A DNA stretch of 64,000 nucleotides from Flectonema sp. DT1601 (taxonomy: Eukaryota): the NCBI GenBank assembly GCA_964019425.1, contig OZ025788.1, forward strand, positions 372,001 to 436,000, given 5' to 3'. The notes beneath the pieces were generated by a model. That model was given only the letters and a program-made list of their open reading frames with translations, did not search any database and was not told where the DNA came from. Every line of letters begins with the position of its first letter. Position 1 is the stretch's first letter. Below are positions 12,221 to 26,452 of the stretch, in pieces. A program made the translations under genes and the position numbers.

Positions 12221-13018
12221 ATGATCTCTTTTTTCTTAGAGACGTTACTTTATCATCCGACTCGACGTGCTCACGTGAAGAGAATACGCGCTACCGGAAG
12301 GAACATTCCTGTTATAACACCAATTTTCTTTTAAAAAATAAGTAATTTTTTTTCCTTCTTTTTCTTTTTCAAATCCCTACCAAGGGTGCTGTATTGTCAA
12401 TTCGCGTAGATGCGATTATTTCTAATTTTTTAAAAAAAGATTTTTTTTTTCCCCCCTTCAAGTTTTGGCCAGTCTGGTAGCATTGTAACCATCATCTCAA
12501 CCACGGTGACTTCAATATCTGCAAGTAGGGCAGTCTTGTAGGGATCCCTTACATATAAATAGAATAGAAGAAGAAAAAAAAAAAAAGAATAATAGATTTG
12601 ACATTTTTATTTTTCCCCTCTTTTTTATTATTGTCTTATTCTTATTTTATTTTAAACCAATTGTTAGATAGTAAAGTTGTACTTCTGGTTGCCGATTAGC
12701 ATATTGTATCTTAATTTTCTTAAGCAGTTCTACAGCATGATTGAATTACCAAACTGGTTGTTTGTAAATTTTTTTTTTCCAACAACAGTCCACACTAAAA
12801 AAACATGCAGCTGGTAGTCTAAATAAAAAAAAAAAAAATAACCCGCAGTATTTGAAGAAAAAAAAAACAAAAAAAAAAAAAAACAAAAGGAATCTTTTTA
12901 TTCTTTTTATTTATTTATTTATTTATTTATTTATTGTGGGAAAGATTTAGTGAGCCTGCACACCAGCATTGAAGACAACAACCAGCACACACACAACTAC
13001 TAACAGCGTTAGGAAAGG

Positions 13019-14569
13019 ATGGGTGTCTGTTGTTCTATGTTTGCTGACCTTCCTGATGAGCCTATTCGGGATGCAAAAAGTTGTGAAAAGGCTCCGATCT
13101 TAATAAAGAGAGGTGAGACATACACCAAATTACGATCTGAAAGTCAAGCATTTAGTAGTAATAAAAAGTTCAGTATGAGATATTCACTTATAAGTGACAG
13201 CAGCGCTGGTGATGAACCTCGGCACAAACAATTCGCATTGTTTTCACCGCCGAGTTTGGGAGAAGGAAACTCACCGAATATTGATTTTGATTTTCCTGAC
13301 AGCGCTTCGTCAGCGTTGTCACCTCCGCAAATTCTGCCGAAGACTCCTTCGACTGTATTAGATGACTCTATCCGTATGCGTCGACTTCACGATATCAAAA
13401 AAGGTGTTTTTGAGAGTGAAAATACCTACGTAGAAGGTCTCACTAGAGCGTGTAACTACTACATGGAACCACTAAAACAGATGCTTGACGCTTCAGCAGC
13501 AAGAAGAAAAGTTGAATTATCAACTAACGATAGTATTGTTGACACAATGTTTGGTCATTTAATGACTATCAGAGCCTGTAATGTTCTTCTTCTCAAAGCT
13601 ATGAAGCAGGCGATTGAGGATGAACCGTCAGCGTCAGGACCAGACGCTGACTATTCCGGAGTTGATTTCGCTCCAGTCTTCGTCGACAATTTCAAACTAC
13701 TTCGGTTATACGCTGCTTATATTAATGATTATGAGAAACTGTCTTGTTTTATTGAATCACCGACGACACCTTCGAAGTTCAGATCATTTTTGTTAAAAAC
13801 TGAAGAAGAGACAGAAGAGTCTCTCTGGGATATATTAATTACTCCAATTCAAAGATTAATTCATTATAGAATGTTCTTACAAACTCTACTTCGATACTCA
13901 AAAGGTGATGAGGTGACATCATTATCGAGAGCAATCGAAGAGATTGGAACAGTTTGTCAATATTGTAATCAAAAAAAAAGAGAAGCAGATGGAAGTGCTA
14001 AAGTCGCTGTTATTGAATCTGAATTAGGAATAAAAGATTTATCACAACCAGGCAGGTATTGGATCATGGACAGTGAGATGGATAAAGTCACAGGAGGCAA
14101 AAAGACTGATCGCTGTCACGTTTACTTATTTAGTGACGTCTTGCTGGTTGTTAGAACATCAGCGTGGAGTTTAAATAAGAAACCAATTTACCTTCCTCTC
14201 GATGAGATTACTGACGTGATAGTTGACACAGGGTTTAATGACGTTTCTTCTTCTTCATCATTCTTCAGTGGTAGTAAACAACAAGTACCATCTCGAGGTA
14301 GTCTAACTATTGAGATGGCTGACTACACTCTCGTTCTGGTCCCAGACACTCACTGTCAGTTTGCTGTTTGGATGGAGGCAACCAAATCTGCGTTCAACTC
14401 TCGCAGAAGACGTACTTCTAATATGGTTTGTTATGATACTTTTTATTGTATTCACAGGTTCAGAGTCGTTGTGTGTGTCTTTTAAACATTTTTTTTTAAA
14501 TAAATTCCAATAAAACAGCTCAAGAAAAGATCCATTATCGGAATCGATCTAAACGACAGCGGGATGTGA
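13019..14569 (+). CDS. DH-PH Rho-family guanine nucleotide exchange factor; exons 13019-14425 and 14519-14569
   Basis: DH motifs ESENTYVEGL, LYAAYINDY and LITPIQRLIHY, then PH motif HVYLFSDVLLV. N-terminal MGVCCS suggests myristoylation/palmitoylation. Intron is GTTTGT...AAAACAG. Confidence 0.92.
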
Positions 14570-17500
14570 TATCTGAGTTCTGTGGAAGGTTTGTTGAATC
14601 GTTAATCGTAATCTCCAGTAATTGTGATCGAAGGTAACAAAACACAAACAGAACTCGACAAGTACTCACTTATGTTGGCGTCATCGATAATCAGAAATGT
14701 GACACATGACTTGTAGAGAGTTTTAGTCACTTTCTGGGATGTTGAGAAATCTTTTACTGACATGTGGACGTAACGATGCTGATGTTTTCTATCCCATGAT
14801 TGACTTGAATCGTACTAGTAACAACTTCAAGGTAGACTCAATAACTGTTATGGCTTACTGTAAACTTGTTTCTCTTTTCTTCTTCTTTCTGCTTCTCCAT
14901 GCTGTGAAGTAGAGTGGAAGACGTTGATCACAGCTGTTAGTAATATGTCGAGACCAATTCCTGCTCCTCACGGCCCTCGAGACTTTCTCAAGAGAGATTA
15001 CCATAGCCAGCTCAGCGGACTGGTTTTCTTGGTCTATTTTCTCCCTTTTTTCCTTTTTCACCCCTTTGTTGTCTTTACCCTTCTTCTTAGTTTTTTATTT
15101 CCAGTTTGAAAAGTGCGATTTTTTATTTTATTTTTTTTTTTAATTTATTTCTTGTCTCCTATTACCTGTGTCTTTGATGAAGTCACAAGGGAGGAGGGAA
15201 ACTCGAATTACAGGAGCACAGATTGTATTAAGATTCTGATTATTGTTTTGTTGTTTTATTAATTAGCAATCGTAGTCAGATACAAACAACAACGCTCTTA
15301 GGTATGGAGCCCTGAAGTATTTGTGTGAATCTCTTTTTTTTAAATTGGTCATCTACGTCTCTCCTGTCCTGTTTTATTTATTCAGCTGTGTTCCTTTCTG
15401 TCTTCAAAGAAAATATTTGTTCCGCTTATGTCAGTCAGTTTCTTTCTTTTTTTTTTCTCTTTTTTCTTTTTTGTCTTATTGTTCTATGTGGCTTATGGCT
15501 CTTGACTACAGCAAACATCAGCCTGTTACGAAGTTCATCACTGAATGAACCTTTTTTTCTTCTTTTCTTTCCCCTTATATTTCATCATAGTATCAAGTTA
15601 CCCCCCCCTACTAACATTACTTTATGCTCCCTACCCAATAATAAGCTGAGTTAAGCATCACCATAGTCACTGTATCCTTAACAGATGTCAATGTATCGCT
15701 GTGATGTTATAATATGAGTATCGTTTGTGCAGAATTATTTATTTTTTTTGACAAGTAAGTAGGTAAAAACCTGCACCTTTGATAGTATAAAGTAGATATC
15801 TGCAAGTGTGTTTTTCCTGTAATAATAACAATTGTATCATAATATTACAATACTTGTATTTATATTGCTCAAACTGTTAACCCCCACCCATTTTTTTTTC
15901 CTTCTTCTTTTGTAACTCTTTTTAAAGGAAAGTTGGGTCTTCTTTGGATACGAGAACTCGCATCCCCACAGACTGAGTCCATTCTGTTTATAGTATACCA
16001 TCTGTGATGCAATGCATAGGATCTGGGTAGAGAATCTGTTGGGAATTGCTTAAAAGTCTTTTTTTTCGATTTTTCGATTTTTTTTTTTTTTTTTTTTTTT
16101 TTTGTATTTAATAGTTTAATAGGTATTCTTGCAAGAGTTAAAAAGAATGTACGTAAGCTTCCCTTAGCTTCTAATTTTAAGTTCGGTTCATGGTTTCGTT
16201 AACAAACCTTTTTGGTTATCCGCAGAAGAGTATTCGAGAATAATAATTTAAGGGAAGGATTGGCTTCCTCGACACTCACAATTTCCCTCTCATTGTTTTT
16301 TTTCCTAGTGTTTGTTTGTTTTTTTTCTCTTTTTTTTTTGCTGCTTCGACTTAGGACTTTCTTTTTTGTGAAACACCTGAGCTGAGCTGCTATCTCCTCA
16401 ACCCGAGGCATACTTCAATTGGTGACTATCACTATGGCTTTAGGCTCTTCGATACGAGTGAAAAAAAGAACCGCAGCAAACACAAAGAAAAAAAAACACC
16501 CTTTTACTAAAAGTGAGAAAATACATAGTGAGGTGCCAATTCTCTGTTTTTATTGTTTTTTTGTTTTTAAAGCAGGAAGACGAAAAAGAGATTTAAATAC
16601 CCTCCTTTCTAGCTGCTTTTTGTTCAGACAGTAATTACATGAAGTTTTCCCTGACTTCGATAAATTAAAAACAAAAAAAGAAATCCTAACCACCACCACC
16701 ACCACAAAAAGAAAAAATAAAAAAAAATAAACGGGCGCGGGGACACCATGACCCGGTTTGTTTAATAGAAGCAAAAAGTTTTTTAAGACCTGAAGCTCTC
16801 TGGAAAAAAAAAAGACAAAACAATTTTAAACTATCAATTATTGTAAACATAATCGGGTGGTTGGCATCTCTAATCTGCAGCTAGCTTTTTATCGGTCGAT
16901 CACCTTCTTACGTCGAGTAACCTTTTTTTTTTTTTTTTTTTTTATTAAAAATTTAATAAAAAGTAGAGTTCGACGTTATTCAAAGTATTCTTGTTGCCCT
17001 TCGTTGTCTTCATTATTTCTTTTTTTTTTTGTTCTTTTCGTATTGGTACTCTCTCTCTCATTCAAACTGAACTTCTTAAAAAATTGTGTCTTTCCACCAG
17101 ATTCGCGTGAGGTGGGGACGTAGTCTTATTTTAATGTATTTTGAGGAAGTGAGGTTATGAGTGAGATTAATTTTTTTGTGATGCCTTTACAAAAAGTCAA
17201 ATCAACTTCCCCCCTCAGTTTATTCTGTTTACCAATTTTCGTCTTTCGGGATTGGAATCCGGAATGGGCTATCATTTCGGTTTTCCCCCCTTTTTTTTCC
17301 TCCTTTTTTTAAATTTCGATTTTTCGGATGTTGCAATGAGTTTTTTTTTTTTTTGCAAAACAATTAAAAGGTCTTCAGTTTATGGAGTCCGTGAACTGAA
17401 CTGAACTGAACTAAACTAAACTGATTCGTTGCTAAGGATTTGATTCAATCAACTACCGCAGTAAAGGAATCGATTCTCTTTTGAGAGTCTACTTAACTAA

Positions 17501-18360
17501 TACTCGGTGGTTAGTTGGACTCGTTAACTAGCTAATTAGATTCTGTGCGATGTCTTCTTCGTATGAGAATGAGAATCAGCGGTGACTCTGTGCTTTGATT
17601 GATTGAACTTTTCGATAACTCAAGTACTAGTTTTTCGCGGCGACAACAGGTTAGTTTTCCGTTTCGTATACGTGTGTTTTAGCTGATGGTTGTGCCAACT
17701 GAATTATTTCTTCTGAATTTTCTTTTTTACCCCCACTGACTACCAAATTGCACCACATTATGAATATCCTGTGTACAGCAAACTGCACTAAAGACGATGT
17801 CTTTTTCGATCGTTTGTTTTTTTTTATTTTTTTTATTTTTCCTCTCTCCGTTATTGTAATTAACACAGATATGTGCCGCTGAGGCTTCTCCCCCCTTTTT
17901 TAAAAAAAAATTTTTTTTTTACAGCGAAATTACGTAGAAAGTACTTTACTTTAACGAAGAACGTTAATAGCAAGAGAAAAAAAAAAAAAAAAAAAAGATT
18001 TTTATTGATTTGCGTGTCATTTGTTCTGATTGCTCACTTTCCTTTTTGTTATTTTATACTAAACGACAAGGACAGGTCTTCTCCAATCTTGTTTTGCACG
18101 TCCCTGGTGACACGAAGAAGAAGAGGTCTAATCCTCTCTGGTGTTTGTCCTTGAAGTTAGTATGAGTTTAATGACCAGTTTTGAGTGATCCTTAAATAAG
18201 GAAGAAAAAAAAAAAAAAAAAACAGGGAGATGCCTCATTTCTGTCTCCCTCTTTGTTGTAGAGAGGAGCAACAAGAATCGGAAATCTTATTTCGAGGTCA
18301 ATTTCGTACCTGAAAAATGAAAACTTTTGCAACCGATTGCGGTGCATGAATCAGATAACT

Positions 18361-18540
18361 TTTTGAGTATCTACCTAACCGATACTCGGTGGTCTGAAGG
18401 ACTTGCTAACTATTATTACTAACTATTACGTAACCTTTTAGCCCGAAACCAACCATTATTTGTTTGTTGTCCTACGAATTTTTAGCATTTAATTTTTTTG
18501 ATTGACTGATGATTATTACTAACTATTAGGTAACCTAACA
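18361..18540 (+). repeat. 110-bp-satellite-related module followed directly by the 3' half of family 1 repeat
   Basis: TATCTACCTAACCGATACTCGGTGG...GACTTGCTAACTA resembles the satellite unit. AGCCCGAAACCAACCATTATT...GTCCTACGAA follows at 18440-18478. Confidence 0.75.
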
Positions 18541-21231
18541 TTTGTTATTCGTCCGAACCCCTTTTGCCATTTCTTTTTTCTGTTACGGAATTATTGTTTT
18601 AAGGCGTGAAAAGGAATATTTTGTCCACCACCACTTCCCCTTTAGCAAATGTATCGAACCCTTATCGGGTAATTGCTTTTTCACGCAATTCCGCCTGAGG
18701 ACGAAGGATGATGAAAAAAAAAAAAAAAAAAAAACTGATATTTCAGTTCTGTTGGTACGTTATTACTCGTTGATTGTGTTGTATTGATGAACGATTACTG
18801 TTTCGAGCACAAGTAAAACACATTATTGTTCTCATTGTTGAGGGATATCATGGTAAAAGTAAATGATAAACCATCGATGAGAAGCCTCCATATGGGAAGG
18901 AATTATTTAAAATGAATATTGTCTTAATCTCCCTTTTTTTTTCCCCCCTTTTTGGCAATCATTTACTACGCTGACTGTCAAGATTGTCGGAGAAATTGTT
19001 GTTCCTTTTGAGCTTTAAAATGCAGTATCAAATTACCCCTTTTTTTTTAAAATAATGATTTGCTCAACTATCTGATCGAGCATCACGTGGGAAGTTCTGA
19101 ATATTAGTTCATTAAAATAATTTATTTTATAAAAATAGTACTATGGAATACTACGAGAGACTATGAGTGTTGCATCATTTCTGAAAATTCCCCCAAAAAC
19201 TGCATGGGAGGGAGAAAAAAATAAACATCGATATTTTTACCCTTTTTCTAACTTGATTCACAAACAAATAAATTACTCTGAGTTTTATGAATAAGTTGAG
19301 TGATATTTCTGAGAGAAATTATTGTTATCGATGAGATCTTTTTTATTAGCAGCGATGCATTTCAGCTCCCTGTCGTTTCCTTTGTATTCCTTTGACTATT
19401 AAAGTCTACCTCCCCTCTCCTTTTATCCCTCCCGGATTTACTGGGTCTTTGAATTCGGAACTCAGCTGTCTTTCTCTGTGAGAGAGATATTTTTTTCACC
19501 CTTTTTTTCTTTCTCTTTTGTTCCTTCGGGTGGGGACTACGAAGTGGTCAGCCCTCATTACCTAAAGCTACAACACAAATGGGGAGGCACATCGGCAGAG
19601 ATGAGTCTTAGAACCCAATCCTCGGTATCGGAGGAGTACTTTTTGTAACTCAGTTGAACAATCGGTCACTTATTGCTACTCAGAGAGACTCTTATTGAAG
19701 TAGTAAAACATTAATAACATTTCTCGGATGGTTGTGTGAGTCTTTTCAATTATTAGAACTCAGTTACCCCGTCTCGACATTTCTTTTGTACAACACTCGT
19801 GTAGTGTTTTAGTGATTCTTCTCTTTTTCTTGATTTAGTTGAAACTGACAGTTGAATGATGACTGTTAGATCATAAATGAATAAAAAAAAAGCCAACTCA
19901 TCTTTAATGATTTAATTCACTGACGTATGCTCCTGTTGAGTTACATTTACAACAAATGGACCGGCAACGTGCTTATGAAGTGTTTTAGTTAACGAAGGAG
20001 CCTTTTAACACAAAGCTATGTGCTCTTATTTCGATTTTTTTTAATAACTTTACAGACAGACGTTGCAATGCAATTTCGTTTAATTTACCACCTCAGTGCA
20101 CGTGCGTAGTAAAAGCAGCCTTTTTTTTTTTTTGTCAAGTTGCTTTCCCTCCCTTTCCACTTCTTTATCTCATCTTTCTTCCCTTTCCAAAACATAAACA
20201 AAAAAAAAAAAAAAGAGTAAACAAAAAAAAAGAGGAAAAAAAGAAACGAATCGAATATTGCAGAGGGAAGTCGACCTGTTTTAAAGTGAAATCTAAATCC
20301 GAAATTCAATTTACAGAAGCAGAGGTCTAACCACCTGTAGTGTTGTCTTGTTGCTATTTGTACTCTTCAGCGCTATTTAGAATATGTACATTATTACTTG
20401 TAAACTTTGTAACGATTCGACCTCCTTTGCAGGAACTACTTTTTTGTGTTTATGTTGAACCTTTCTGTTAACCTTCTTGAGTTGACCATTAGGTCAGTTC
20501 ACAGGATAACAATAATAAAAAAAAGCACTACGAAATACTTGTCGTGGTCGAGGTTTGTATTTTCTTTTTTTTTTCGAGCTTTCTGTTGAACGTCTTTGAG
20601 ACAGCTGCTCTGTTCTAATTTCCTTATTTAGGATAACCACAAAAGCCAGTTTTTCAGGCGTTTGTACGGCATAATAAGATTCACTCAATGCTTCCGTCAG
20701 CTATTTTCTTTCCTTTTCGACGGATGAATAATAATTCGTTCTGGGTGTCGGTGTTGTCTTTACAAACGAACCGACTGTACGCGAAGAACTCTTTTGGAGA
20801 CTATCCCGAACATTAAAAAAGAAATCATTTTTGGATAGCAGTAATCACAAATCCTGAGTCTCAGAGCAGCAACAAAAGCAAGAAAAAATATCATTTTATA
20901 ACCTCAGCCAGCAGCTGAGCTATTGAAGTATAATTTATTACGCCTTTTTCTTTTGCATCGGCCACAGTCGTTTTACTTTTACTTTATAAACTATATTTCC
21001 TCTTCATCTTTGGGGAGAATCGTTTGTGCCGCCTCCTTTTTATTTAGTTGGGGGATTTTGTTACTTTTATTGAAATGAATACCTGCGAACTATATAATTA
21101 CCAACTAGTGACTTCATCACAACACACAACAGGACACAATAAAATATTTATGTAGAGTGCTGAGGAGGTTGAAGGCACAATCAAATTTATTTCTGACGCT
21201 ATTTATTTCACCCTCACAGCAACTGTGGGTG

Positions 21232-22926
21232 ATGGAAAGACTTCCATTAGGACTACGAACACGAGTTACAAAAAGAAATTCAGATGCGAAGTCTCACAGT
21301 GTGCGGAGGAGTAGTGACACCGATCTCGCTGTGAGAGATTCTCGAATTCCTCAAATAGTTATCGACAAGGCGAGTAGCAGAAGTAGTAGTTTGAATAGCA
21401 GTACTGTTGACCAGACTCATGAGATTAAAAAGAGAAAAGAAGAACTGACAATTGTTATTAGAGAGCAATTTGAAAAAGCAGCAATCCGAGACACTTATCA
21501 GTGTGCAGCCACAACCATGGGAAATCTGATTATGAACACCGCAGAGGAAGGTGATGATTCAATATCTCAACAACTCTACCGCGAGACATTAGAAATGGTG
21601 AAACAGACATCTGGTAGTTGGGGAATCAGATTCAGTTGTTGGAGCGTAACGATGCTGATTGAATACCATCCCTGGCTTTCCGCAGTTAACTTTTCCTTTT
21701 TGTCATCTGCGTGCTTTCCGTCACTTCTGAGTGCTTCAGATCGCGAGGATGACGTCACCCATGTCGCGGAGTTTATTAAAAAAGTTCTTCCTCTCATATC
21801 TGAAGTTCTAAGGAGTGATTCTGACAGTGGTAGTGGCAATGCGAGTTGTGAGTCCGGGATTGGTTTCACTGATTATAAAGGAGATGATGTGTTGGTTGAA
21901 GGAATGCGATACTTTCACCACCTGATAGCTCCATTAATACCGAACCTTTCATCGAACGGCGTCAACCAGCGTTGGGCTAGCATTGGACTTGCAGCGATCC
22001 TACAGAGCAGTGAGGAACCCCTCCTCAGTACCTCCGGTGGTATTTATGGTCCCTGCAATGGTGAGGCTGATGATGTTCTCATACCGCTCTTTGGAACTAT
22101 TTCTTCCCTTTTCTGTTCTCTTGATGCGAAGGTGTTTCCTGAGGCACGGCCGGCCTTCCTGCAGTTGTTTGAAACCACACTTGATTCCATCCTTTCACTT
22201 TCTTCTTATCATTCTCCGCTGTTTAGCGTCGCAGACTTACTTCCCGTTAGTTATGAAGAAGTACTTCAGGTGATAATTAAATTATTGAAACATAACAACT
22301 GGAAAGTCCGGATACGAACCATTGAGATATTCACAACACTTACAAAGGGTGGGAGTGGTTCACGATGGCGGCCGGTACCATCAAAGCTAGAAGACGTTGT
22401 ATCTGTGCTGAGAGTATTATCTAAAACGGATCGAATAAAATCAATCAGAGAGAGGTGTAAAGAAGTCGTCATTCAACTTGATGACATCGGTCACTGTTGT
22501 CATTTATGCGGCGCTCAGTTTGCTGGTGATCCATTCTGCGGACAGTGCGGTACCAAATCTGGACAACCTCCTCTTTCGGAAACAGAACAGTTGCGGAAGT
22601 TCATTTCTGACGAGTCGACAGATGCGTGTCCTCTACATTTCGAACATCTCTACTCTCAGGTACCAATCCAGCAGCGGAAGAAGCTGCTCCTGGAAGTCGC
22701 TCGTCGTCTCGGTTGGTCTGAAAATCCGAACCTTCAAAAATGTTTTATTTTAATGCTTCGAAGTGTAAGTAATTGTCTCCTTTCTACTTCACATGCAACA
22801 CTGTTGTTGGAAGTACTTGAAAGGCGGTGCTACGATACAACAACTGAGACGGAATTTCGAGACATCAAACAGCTGCTAATAAACGCAAAAGAGAATCCCC
22901 TCATATCACAGAGTGGAGTCGATTGA
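21232..22926 (+). CDS. HEAT/ARM-like repeat protein with a double zinc ribbon
   Basis: HEAT-like segments NNWKVRIRTIE and DRIKSIRERC, plus CHLC...FCGQCG. First ATG at 21232 follows a CACAG. Confidence 0.8.
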   Translation: MERLPLGLRTRVTKRNSDAKSHSVRRSSDTDLAVRDSRIPQIVIDKASSRSSSLNSSTVDQTHEIKKRKEELTIVIREQFEKAAIRDTYQCAATTMGNLIMNTAEEGDDSISQQLYRETLEMVKQTSGSWGIRFSCWSVTMLIEYHPWLSAVNFSFLSSACFPSLLSASDREDDVTHVAEFIKKVLPLISEVLRSDSDSGSGNASCESGIGFTDYKGDDVLVEGMRYFHHLIAPLIPNLSSNGVNQRWASIGLAAILQSSEEPLLSTSGGIYGPCNGEADDVLIPLFGTISSLFCSLDAKVFPEARPAFLQLFETTLDSILSLSSYHSPLFSVADLLPVSYEEVLQVIIKLLKHNNWKVRIRTIEIFTTLTKGGSGSRWRPVPSKLEDVVSVLRVLSKTDRIKSIRERCKEVVIQLDDIGHCCHLCGAQFAGDPFCGQCGTKSGQPPLSETEQLRKFISDESTDACPLHFEHLYSQVPIQQRKKLLLEVARRLGWSENPNLQKCFILMLRSVSNCLLSTSHATLLLEVLERRCYDTTTETEFRDIKQLLINAKENPLISQSGVD

Positions 22927-23181
22927 CCTCATTCTCCACCTCATCAAAGATCTACTTGTCTTTGAACCATCTGATCGCTGTAACGTTTCCTCCGCTTTGT
23001 AGATTTAATACTTTCCTTGTTGTTGTTGTTGTTGTCGTGTGCGGTCTACAATTCTATTTCTCCAGATGGCACTAAATGTTGTGAAAGAGAAGAGAACTTA
23101 TATTTGACAAGTTCGGATTTCATTTTTACGAAAACCATTTTAGCCGTTTATAAGATGATCTCGACTTCTATTTTTTGGGTT

Positions 23182-23607
23182 ATGAGAGGCAAGGAAGCAG
23201 AAAAGTGGGAACTACAAATTGAGCCTGACCCAGAAGGGAAGCAAAACTGGTCTGTTTGGAGAGAACAAAATCAAATATCAACGTACCTTCATAGTTGGCA
23301 CTGGAGTGGTATCAAAGATGAGACGTCGCCTCTTGTTGCTGTCAGAACAAGTCGACGTCATTGCGACAGGCGACAGAAAACATCTGCTGTGCCGTCAGCA
23401 ATTAAGAACTCTGCTGCTAAGAATATGATTCCGATGATATTTACCTCATCTTCTACTGATAAGAGGAAGTACGACATGTGTCATATTCAGGTAGACATTC
23501 CAAAACGGTTTACAAAAAAGAAATTGCCAAACAAATCTACTCAAAAGAAGAAGACCTCCTCAGCAGCAAGGGAATTTTCTCCTTCGTATAAACCTGCATT
23601 TCATTAG
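23182..23607 (+). CDS. Hypothetical basic protein (start uncertain)
   Basis: Part of the 196-aa ORF with protein-like composition (EKWELQIEPDPEGKQNWSVWRE), on the same strand as its neighbours. Confidence 0.5.
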   Translation: MRGKEAEKWELQIEPDPEGKQNWSVWREQNQISTYLHSWHWSGIKDETSPLVAVRTSRRHCDRRQKTSAVPSAIKNSAAKNMIPMIFTSSSTDKRKYDMCHIQVDIPKRFTKKKLPNKSTQKKKTSSAAREFSPSYKPAFH

Positions 23608-23665
23608 CTATCTTTGTTTTTATCTGCTACGCATAACGCTGGTGTGCATTTGTCTTCCTTCCTTC

Positions 23666-23697
<32 letters not shown>

Positions 23698-24084
23698 TAC
23701 CTACAAACCCATTGGTAGAAACAGAATTGTGGACAGTGTAACTTACCTATTCCTTATTAGGATTTTTGTACCGGTTGCACAAACAAACAAACAGACAAAC
23801 ACACAAACATTTTCTTTTTTTTCCTACCGTCGTTTTCTTATTTTTATTTTCTTTTTGAACAACACTTCCGATGAGCTCCCTTTGACATTGTTGTTGTTGT
23901 TGTTGTTGTTCGCTTTCAGTTACACCTCAAGCGCCTTAACGCATTGATATATTATTAAAGTGAAAAACTGTAATTTCCTTCCGATCACGTCTGCTGATCG
24001 GAACCGATCATCGGAATAGTGGGATTTGAATTTTATTGCGGCAACAGAACAGCATTTACTTCTTTATAACAGTCAGGTGGTGAA

Positions 24085-26234
24085 ATGGAGGAGGAAGTGA
24101 TAAACAAGACTGCCCTCTTACGATGGACGTCAGGGATGTTACATCAGAATTGCTACACATTTGAGAAGCTGAAGGACGGGTCAGTATTGGTGCAATTATT
24201 TGGAAGACTTTTCCCCTCCGTTGTGAACTTGAAAACTACAAAGTGGGTACGAGCTCCAATGACAACTGACGAGGTACTTCTCAACTTCTCTGTTGTTGAA
24301 TTGGCTGTCGAGCAGTTAGGACTTCCCAAAAGGACTCTTGACATCCGGGGGATTCGCGCAACTGATTTTACTCCTTGTTTTAATCTATTGGTTATGCTTC
24401 ACTTACTTCATCATCTTACACAATCCCCACATTATAGAGCTGCCATAGCTCACCCACTTCCTGATTATTTGATGCATTTTTTCGAAGATAAAGAAACTCT
24501 GTCAGGTATAATTACTAAAGTTTGTATCTCAGAGTCAAGTGATGAAGGATTACCAGATATAGGATCTTTTGTTGAGGTCGTCAACATGCAGTCTACCAAT
24601 CACATGAATTTGAATGGAATACGAGGGTGTGTTGTCGAAAAGGAATTCCACAGAGTATCAGTTGCATTCCCAGAACCATTCGGAAAGCATTGGGTACAGG
24701 CTGGGAATTTGAAACTCATCAAACCCCCAGGCAGTGCACCACCAGAAGGTAGCTCTGTAGTGGCCACAAATATGAATAATGAACTCGATGGTCAGATTGG
24801 TGTTGTCACCGGGAAATATGATGCGGCTGATGGTCTTCGTGTAATCGTCGAGTTCCCCGATCCACACGGTCCGATGTTGATATTGGCAGGCAATCTGGAA
24901 CTCGTTAATGAAACAGCAGCGATTGCCATTAAAACAAAGTCGCAATCCCCTCGTCGTGCAGATATCGATGACAACGTTGCGAGTGAATCAGATTTCAGCA
25001 ACATGACACCATCCGAAGAACTGGTACGTCTTCGTTTGGAAAATCAATCCCTGAGGAGAATACTGAAAACCCAAAAGTGCGAATTCGACGCTTTTCGGGA
25101 AGCTTCGAGAGAAATGGTTCGAGAAATGGATGCTGCTCTAGAGCTTGAGATTTCAAGCTCCCGCTACAAGAGAGATTGCGATGCAAGAATTGGAGAAGGG
25201 TATAAACTCGAAGCGGAGGAAAAATGTCACAAGCAATTTCTCGACTTCGTACGGCGCCACAGCAAGGACGAAGAGCATCCATTGGTAGGGGCACTTGAAG
25301 CATCAAATCGATCTCTTCAGTTTCTTGCAGACTTTCAGTCTGAACGTGCTGCTCAAACAGTTCGACTTGTCGATGAACTTCTGGCACACTCTCGTATGCT
25401 ACTACAGGTTTGTAATTATTGTTTGGGATCGTTAAAATAATTCATTCGAAGTCGCATATCCATATCAACACACAACAGGGTTTACTTTTTTCTTCACAAT
25501 TAACTTGCAATTCAAGTGACGTGAAGGTCCTTTCATCTGACGAAGACGATGAACTGACACCTATTGAGAGGTTGTTATTTGAGAAGGAGTTTTCGAGTGA
25601 GCACGAGACAGTGTTGCGCAACAAGTTGAATGAATATTGTGCTCCTGAAGGGAGAGACACGAGACATTTAGTGAACGAGTTGTTAGCCATGGCACTCAAA
25701 GTAAGGAAGTTATTAATGCTAAATAATGAAAGGGATCAGAGGTTGGCCGGAGCAGCAACAAAAGAATGCGAACATAGCCCACCCCCGACCCCGATTATTA
25801 TACGGGAAAGCCCTGCGAGTTCCATTCAAGCACCTTTTCCTCTTCCTTTGCCTGGATTTCTTGAGGTACAAACCCCATTCTTGCAGCCGCCGTCACCTAT
25901 GCTTCTTTCGCCTCATAACTTGCCCGGTTGCACTTCTTCCTTTGGTCGGAGTCAGGAGAAAAACCGTTTTAATGAAACAGAGCAGCCGGTAGAACAACAG
26001 AATGCGCAGGAAACTGAAACTGAGTTAGGAACGAAGAACCTCATTCAGAAAACAGACACAGAATTCGAGGACGCTAAACGAGCAATTCAAGATTTGGTTC
26101 AAAGCGGAAGGTCTGCAGGTGAAATGCGCACTTTGAAAGAGGATCCACTCCACCGAAAAATGCCGCTGCTCACAGGAGACATCATGAAAGATATTCAAAT
26201 AATTGCTTCTCACAGTCACAAGCAGATCCTTTAA
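24085..26234 (+). CDS. Calponin-homology domain plus coiled-coil protein; exons 24085-25407 and 25479-26234
   Basis: CH-like N-terminus (ALLRW...LKDGSVLVQL...NF) and two similar short beta-rich repeats (LNGIRGCVV / LDGQIGVVT). Intron GTTTGT...ACACAACAG joins the two ORFs in frame. Confidence 0.85.
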
Positions 26235-26452
26235 TTTTGATATTGTATTGATATTGTATTAATAGATAGGTTATTTTGGTGAACATATAGTTCTTCTATA
26301 TTCAATGAGCTCTTTTTTACAGCATCCGCACCGAAGAGTTGGTATATGCAAAGTGATGGTAATAGAGTCATCGCGTTAAATTTTTTCCTCCTTCTTGATG
26401 ATCGGAAAAATATACATTTTTCTTTTTAAAAAATAGTTTTTTCGCACACAAC

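Noticed and set aside
14600..21150. Many short ORFs rich in F/K on both strands
   Set aside because: They are translations of poly(T)/poly(A) tracts in intergenic DNA
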